DNA of 64,000 bases from contig QCQB01000010.1 in assembly GCA_003212315.1 (NCBI GenBank), forward strand, positions 1,486 to 65,485. The letters are read 5' to 3'. Below are positions 58,893 to 64,000 of this stretch, piece after piece. Position 1 is the first letter of the stretch, and every line of letters starts with the position of its first letter. Under the pieces are notes generated by a model. It did not search any database and was not told the DNA's origin. It saw nothing but the letters and a program-made list of their open reading frames with translations. Source of the stretch: SAR116 cluster bacterium AG-447-C21 (lineage in GTDB: Bacteria > Pseudomonadota > Alphaproteobacteria > Thalassobaculales > Thalassobaculaceae). A program made the position numbers and the translations under genes.

Positions 58893-59711
58893 TTAGCAAT
58901 AGGGACGGGCTATCTTTTCGACTTTCACTAATTTCATATTTATCGTGAAATCAGAATAATCTAATACTAAATCACCAGCTACTCCATTTTCGTGCAAATT
59001 AATGGTCATTTCGTGAGTTGGCCTTATTGATTTATGCCCCGGGGAGAAGAAAGCCATTCTAATTGGCCAATACTCTCCCGATAATAAAGCGTGCTTTGGT
59101 TTTCTTAGAACCTTTTGCTTACCAATAACAGCGCTTACAGATATCGCTGTTTGTATTTCACTACCGTCGAAAACGGGGACAACTAGAAGTTTTTTTTGGG
59201 CTTTGGCCGCATCCAATAAAAAAAAAGTATGATTCGACGGGAACATCGTGTTGCTTGGTAAATTGTATTTTATTTCTTTCGGGGTTTGGAAAAGAACTGC
59301 CCCACTTCTCGTCTTTGGAGAATAATTAGCCACTCCTTCTATTTTAGATTTTGAATCTGATAATTTATTTTTCACATAGAATTTATACCGCTCTCCATCT
59401 TTATTTTCCCAAGCGCTAAATTCAGTGTCTGTATGCGTTTCATTTCCCTGTTCCCCTTGATAACGCATTACATATCGTTGTTCTACCACCCAAGCATCGC
59501 AGGTTGACCTCCATTCAAAAATCATTCTACCATCAACACCTATTATTCCAGAATTCACCTTCGAAGACCCCATAGTCATTTTGTAGAAAGCTCTATGTGG
59601 TTGGAAATTTTCAGATGCAGTGCCTGCTGATACGCTCTGAGAGAATATTATCAAAACAAATAAAAAAACTAGTTTTTGCAAATTAGGTTCATGCCCAGCA
59701 AATTTTGACAT
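58893..59711 (-). CDS. Secreted/periplasmic hypothetical protein, possibly DUF1849 (EipB-like) family
   Basis: 272 aa with an N-terminal signal peptide (LVFLFVLIIFSQSVSA) and beta-rich composition. The family assignment comes from memory of alphaproteobacterial DUF1849 proteins and is tentative. Confidence 0.55.
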   Translation of the reverse strand: MSKFAGHEPNLQKLVFLFVLIIFSQSVSAGTASENFQPHRAFYKMTMGSSKVNSGIIGVDGRMIFEWRSTCDAWVVEQRYVMRYQGEQGNETHTDTEFSAWENKDGERYKFYVKNKLSDSKSKIEGVANYSPKTRSGAVLFQTPKEIKYNLPSNTMFPSNHTFFLLDAAKAQKKLLVVPVFDGSEIQTAISVSAVIGKQKVLRKPKHALLSGEYWPIRMAFFSPGHKSIRPTHEMTINLHENGVAGDLVLDYSDFTINMKLVKVEKIARPYC

Positions 59712-59883
59712 TCTATTTTTTGGATCCTTACCCTAGAATTGAATACTAACTATTTGTTGCCTGTCCCTAAAACGCACTAGACCGGCCCGCTACAAGTAGG
59801 TAATTCAATCACTTAAATCAAACCATTTTTTTGGCATGACATTTGCTAGTATTCTGTGAGTTATGTTAAATAGGATTGAATAA

Positions 59884-60594
59884 ATGCAAAATTACACAAA
59901 TTTGCAGAACCTTAATGATTTTCCTAAAAAGAAAAAAGATGGTACGCAATATGAATTATCCGCGCGTATCACAGAATTATCAAACCAACTTTCGCCGAAC
60001 CTTAAATCAGAAAATCAACCGTCAACTGATCCCAAAATAAATACTACACTTCAGTTTGCTCTTTTAGCGATGGAAGAGGCCGAAAAAAGAATTAAACGTC
60101 AAGAGACAAGAATAAAACAACTAGAGAGTTTGTCAGTAACTGATGAACTCACACAACTCCTTAATCGCCGTGGTTTCTTGCAGCAGTTTCAGCTTTCTTT
60201 ATCCACTTCCCGACGTAATAAAACCGGTGGCTCACTGATGATTTTAGATTTAGATAAATTTAAGCAGATAAATGATACCTATGGTCACTTGGCAGGTGAT
60301 GAGGTACTAAAAAATGTAGGTATTGCTATATCAACGGTTGTGAGAGAGAGCGATATCGTAGGTAGGATTGGGGGAGACGAATTTTCGATACTTATGCCAG
60401 GGGCAAGTCCCGTGACCGTAACAAAAAGAATTTCAGAAATCCGCTCTGCTATAAGTAAAGTGGAATTTTCTTGGAACCATAAAAACCTTATCATTAACGG
60501 CAGCATAGGCCGGTGTGACTATCTAGGACACGAAAACGAACAAGAAATTTTGAATTTTGCCGACACCAGTATGTATAAACAAAAAGCTTCATAA
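59884..60594 (+). CDS. GGDEF-domain diguanylate cyclase (coiled-coil N-terminus, I-site present)
   Basis: DELTQLLNRRGF, LDLDKFKQINDTYGH.AGD and the active site GGDEF are present. RESD lies five residues upstream of GGDEF (RxxD I-site). Confidence 0.85.
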   Translation: MQNYTNLQNLNDFPKKKKDGTQYELSARITELSNQLSPNLKSENQPSTDPKINTTLQFALLAMEEAEKRIKRQETRIKQLESLSVTDELTQLLNRRGFLQQFQLSLSTSRRNKTGGSLMILDLDKFKQINDTYGHLAGDEVLKNVGIAISTVVRESDIVGRIGGDEFSILMPGASPVTVTKRISEIRSAISKVEFSWNHKNLIINGSIGRCDYLGHENEQEILNFADTSMYKQKAS

Positions 60595-60702
60595 ATTTTG
60601 CGACACTGTGTGGTTTAACTCTCGCCCCGACTCAAGCAAACTAGGCCTTTTAAATTATTTTTTTAATTTTCAAAAATTCATGTTCTCTACTGTTGTTTAT
60701 AC

Positions 60703-61866
60703 GTGTATATGCTACCCATGACGTTAATTACCGAGACAAGTAAACTTATTGACGCGTGTGAGCGATTTTCGCGAGACAGTTTTTTGGCTATCGATACCGA
60801 ATTTATGCGTGAGCGGACGTACTACCCACAGCTTTGCCTAATACAAATAGCTGGGAAGGATGAAGCTGTCACAGTCGATGCACTCGCTACTGAAATAAAC
60901 CTTAATCCAATATTAGACTTAATGGCGAACCATAAGATCATAAAAGTTTTCCACGCCTGTAGACAAGATATGGAAATATTTTTTAATCTAAATCGCCGAA
61001 TCCCTTTTCCTGTGTTTGACACACAAATAGGTGCGATGGTTTGTGGTTATGGAGAATCGGTAGGTTATGATAAACTTGTTCGTCAAATTACCGGGGTTCA
61101 AATAGATAAATCATCTCGGTTTACTGACTGGTCGCATCGACCTTTATCAAAACAACAGTTAAATTACGCATTATCAGATGTTACACATTTGAGAACAGTA
61201 TACGAGTCGCTTCTAAACCAACTTGAAAAAAATGGCCGCATAAATTGGCTTAACGAAGAATTCCAAAATGTACTAAATCCCAAAACTTATGATATTCCAT
61301 TGGATCAAATTTGGAAGAGACTCAAAATTAAAAGCGGTAGACCTAAGTTTTTAATTTTAGTAAGAGAGCTGTGTGCTTTTAGAGAAAAAGAAGCACAAAG
61401 TAGAAATATACCAAGAAATCGGGTTATTCGAGATGATGTTCTTTTAGATATAGCTGCCCGTTCACCAACATCGTCGCTTGACCTAGCTAAAGTCAGAAGT
61501 TTATCCACCCAATTTGCAGAGGGAAGATTAGGAAAAAGTATTCTAAGAGTGGTAGCAGAAGCCTCTAACATTCCTGAATCCGACGCGCCTCAACTCGAGA
61601 ATCTAAATAAAACAAAGCCACAAAAACCAGCGTTAATAGAATTACTGAAAGTTTTGTTGAAGCATAAATCAGAGGACAATAACGTTGCCCAAAAGTTAAT
61701 AGCAAGTACTGCAGACCTAGAAGCGATAGCCGAAAATGATAATGCGAATGTTTTGGCCTTAAATGGCTGGAGAAAAGATGTTTTTGGAGATGACGCTTTA
61801 CTATTAAAATCTGGGAAAATTGCTTTATCTGCTGCCGGAGATCGTATCAAAGTCATACGGATTTAA
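60703..61866 (+). CDS. rnd: Ribonuclease D
   Basis: The DEDDy exonuclease motifs are present (LAIDTEF, KVFHACRQDMEI, YALSDVTHL), followed by an HRDC-like region; 387 aa. Confidence 0.9.
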   Translation: MYMLPMTLITETSKLIDACERFSRDSFLAIDTEFMRERTYYPQLCLIQIAGKDEAVTVDALATEINLNPILDLMANHKIIKVFHACRQDMEIFFNLNRRIPFPVFDTQIGAMVCGYGESVGYDKLVRQITGVQIDKSSRFTDWSHRPLSKQQLNYALSDVTHLRTVYESLLNQLEKNGRINWLNEEFQNVLNPKTYDIPLDQIWKRLKIKSGRPKFLILVRELCAFREKEAQSRNIPRNRVIRDDVLLDIAARSPTSSLDLAKVRSLSTQFAEGRLGKSILRVVAEASNIPESDAPQLENLNKTKPQKPALIELLKVLLKHKSEDNNVAQKLIASTADLEAIAENDNANVLALNGWRKDVFGDDALLLKSGKIALSAAGDRIKVIRI

Positions 61867-61877
61867 CATTAGTTAAC

Positions 61878-63425
61878 TTACTGGGAACTTAAAGATTGAA
61901 GTTCGACACTACAATTGAAGTGTTTTGATAAATTTTCGACCTTTTGTTTAATAACTTCTCTACTTATTAAGATTACTTCTGGAGCATAACGTATCGTAAT
62001 TATCTTCTTATTTTTGACCATTTCGATCTGGTGCAAAAGACCGTCTAACCCAGCACTAAGGGTTATTCCTAATCTAATTGCTGAACCTATTTTTAAAGCT
62101 ATGTCTAAACGTTCGCGAGAAATTACCTCATTCCACTTCTCTAGCTCTAAATCACATAAATTGCCTCCATATCTCACCCAAATTGCGAGAGCCAAAAATA
62201 CTCTGTCATCGTGGGTTAGTCCGATCGCGGGAAATCGCAAAATTCTGAGGAACGCTTGTTCGGCTCTATAGCTCGGGTGATCTACCCAAGCAAAATCAGA
62301 TAATATACAAGCCGCCTTCAGCAATCTTCTATTATGCTTATCCAAGTCCTTAAATAATGGCAACGCCCAATTTTCTAACTCATTGGATGTTAATGTAAAA
62401 CGGCGAGTGCTAGACGCAATTTTTTCGCAGTTGAGTAATAATGGATCTTTTTTCTGTTCTTCTGAGCTCAAATTTTTGAAAATACAACCTTCTCTGATAC
62501 CAAAAGCTGAAAAAATAATAGAGTCATTTTTTCCAAGTTCTAATAGGCTTTTCAAAATACCAGCAGATATAGTTGTCTCTCTAATTCGTTTTTTTGACAC
62601 TCCACCCATCGTTTCTAATTCTTCTAGACTTGAGTGAGTAATTTTTTCTAGAAATAATATAAATGAAGGCGATGCAATTTTGTATCCGTGAATGATGCGA
62701 AGTGGATATTTATTGGCACTCATGTGCATACGCGCTAAGTTTCTCCAAGAACCTCCAACAGCAAAAACTGGGCGTTTATTAAACTTGGAAATCCACGATA
62801 CCCGACTTAATTCGTTCTTTATTATCAGCATTAAAGACGACGACTTGCAATCTTGCACAGTTCGTAACCTCAGAGATCCCAAAGGTAAACTAATTCGATC
62901 ATGGATTTTACCATTTTCTATATTGATTAATTCTAGGCTACCTCCTCCCAAATCAGCGATAACACCATCTAGGTTTGGGAACGCACTTAACACCCCCAAA
63001 GCTGATAAGGTCGCCTCTGACTCACCAGATAAGATATTAACCCGGAAATCAAATCTCCTTTCCAGCTCCGCTGCAAATTCACTCCCATTTATAGCCTCTC
63101 GTAGTGCAGCCGTTGCAATAACGTGACATTCCGATAGCTTGATTCTTTTTACTAGCTTTGTGAACCGAGCGATATTATCAATAGCTATTCTGCAACCAGC
63201 CTTTGAGAGACGACCCGTTTTTTCTAGGTCTTCACCAAGCCTGCATAATACCTTTTCGTTGAAAACTGGTATAGGGACCCTATTCATATCTTTATAAATA
63301 ACTAATCGTATAGAGTTGGAACCGATATCCAAAACGCCAACCTTTTGAGAGTGTGTTTTGGAGCATAGTTGTTTTTTGATAATTTTCTTCACTGGTTGGA
63401 CATCATTCGGATCTCTCCTGCCCAT
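61878..63425 (-). CDS. ppx: Exopolyphosphatase (Ppx/GppA family)
   Basis: [23 protein letters not shown] and a C-terminal HD-like region are present. It lies downstream of ppk and overlaps it by 23 nt. Confidence 0.9.
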   Translation of the reverse strand: MGRRDPNDVQPVKKIIKKQLCSKTHSQKVGVLDIGSNSIRLVIYKDMNRVPIPVFNEKVLCRLGEDLEKTGRLSKAGCRIAIDNIARFTKLVKRIKLSECHVIATAALREAINGSEFAAELERRFDFRVNILSGESEATLSALGVLSAFPNLDGVIADLGGGSLELINIENGKIHDRISLPLGSLRLRTVQDCKSSSLMLIIKNELSRVSWISKFNKRPVFAVGGSWRNLARMHMSANKYPLRIIHGYKIASPSFILFLEKITHSSLEELETMGGVSKKRIRETTISAGILKSLLELGKNDSIIFSAFGIREGCIFKNLSSEEQKKDPLLLNCEKIASSTRRFTLTSNELENWALPLFKDLDKHNRRLLKAACILSDFAWVDHPSYRAEQAFLRILRFPAIGLTHDDRVFLALAIWVRYGGNLCDLELEKWNEVISRERLDIALKIGSAIRLGITLSAGLDGLLHQIEMVKNKKIITIRYAPEVILISREVIKQKVENLSKHFNCSVELQSLSSQ

Positions 63426-64000
63426 GGATATTTCGATTCATGACCGCACTTCCCATTCCAGACAAACTAGGGTTTGTCATAAAGTATTTATGCGCGGAGA
63501 AAACTTCTTGCGACCCAACCAAGCGCAAATAAGTTCCATCTTCACAAAGCCTCCACGAGTTCGTATTATCTTTCAGATTACTTACCATTATCTCCTGTAA
63601 GACTTGTCTTCGCACTGTTGAATTTTCAATAGGAATGAAATGCTCCAACCTCCTATCTAAATTACGAGGCATTAAATCTGCCGATGAAATATATATCAAC
63701 GAGTGTTTAGAGGGTAAACTTTCACCATTAGCAAAACAAATAATTCTAGAGTGCTCCAAAAACCGGCCCACCATGCTTTTCACTTCAATATTCTGAGATA
63801 AACCTGAAATACCAGGGCGAAGACAACAGATACCTCTGACGATTAAATTGATTTTTACTCCTGCCGCAGATGCTTCATAAAATAGGTCTATTATTTCTGG
63901 ATCAACAAGCGAGTTCATTTTTGCCCATATAGCTGCTTTTTTACCATCTTTTGCGAAGGCTATCTCTGATTTTATCAACGAGGAAATTCTTTCTCTAGAT
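63403..64000 (-). CDS. ppk: Polyphosphate kinase 1 (C-terminal part only; N-terminus beyond the right window edge)
   Basis: [19 protein letters not shown] and [14 protein letters not shown] are hallmark PPK1 C-terminal PLD-like domain motifs. The reading frame stays open to the window end. Confidence 0.9.
   Translation of the reverse strand, partial: SRERISSLIKSEIAFAKDGKKAAIWAKMNSLVDPEIIDLFYEASAAGVKINLIVRGICCLRPGISGLSQNIEVKSMVGRFLEHSRIICFANGESLPSKHSLIYISSADLMPRNLDRRLEHFIPIENSTVRRQVLQEIMVSNLKDNTNSWRLCEDGTYLRLVGSQEVFSAHKYFMTNPSLSGMGSAVMNRNIHGQERSE

Overview
This window looks like a densely coding, mostly housekeeping chromosomal segment of a fairly AT-rich alphaproteobacterium. Supporting markers are a GcrA homologue, a GAAC-N7-GAAC SOS box in front of lexA, a tig-clpP-clpX-lon-hupB-tRNA block and a trpGDC-moaC-moeA / lexA / gltX-gltA block. 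I annotate about 55 CDS and 4 tRNAs (Asp-GUC, Val-UAC, Leu-UAG, His-GUG), plus a few regulatory sites and terminators read directly from the sequence. I saw no CRISPR array, transposase, integrase, prophage or recognisable defence genes. The most unusual part is the left 12 kb. A complete Na+-NQR set (nqrABCDEF, with divergent apbE and nqrM) lies directly downstream of lon-hupB-tRNA-Val-tRNA-Asp. From memory, related alphaproteobacteria carry nuoA-N at that position. After a 202-nt spacer, nqrF is followed on the same strand by four tightly packed genes resembling complex I membrane-arm subunits NuoJ, NuoK, NuoL and NuoM. The NuoM-like gene is absent from the ORF track because it runs off the window edge; I translated it by hand. 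These four ORFs are full length and free of stops in roughly 30-35% GC sequence. By eye alignment they have lost most canonical ion-channel charged residues, including both NuoK glutamates, the NuoM TM5 glutamate and first lysine, and several NuoL lysine/aspartate/histidine positions. I read this as an in-situ replacement of nuoA-I by an nqr cassette, leaving an orphan, de-charged membrane module of unknown role that still appears to be under selection. This is a hypothesis to test, not a demonstrated system. Smaller observations are a sigma-54 promoter before glnBA, a perfect DnaA box upstream of gcrA, a perfect 12-bp inverted repeat between dctQM and an asparaginase operon, a TRAP dctQM pair with no dctP, a Cys4 N-terminal extension on DinB, a lysine-rich tail on trigger factor, and a canonical G-1/C73 tRNA-His.
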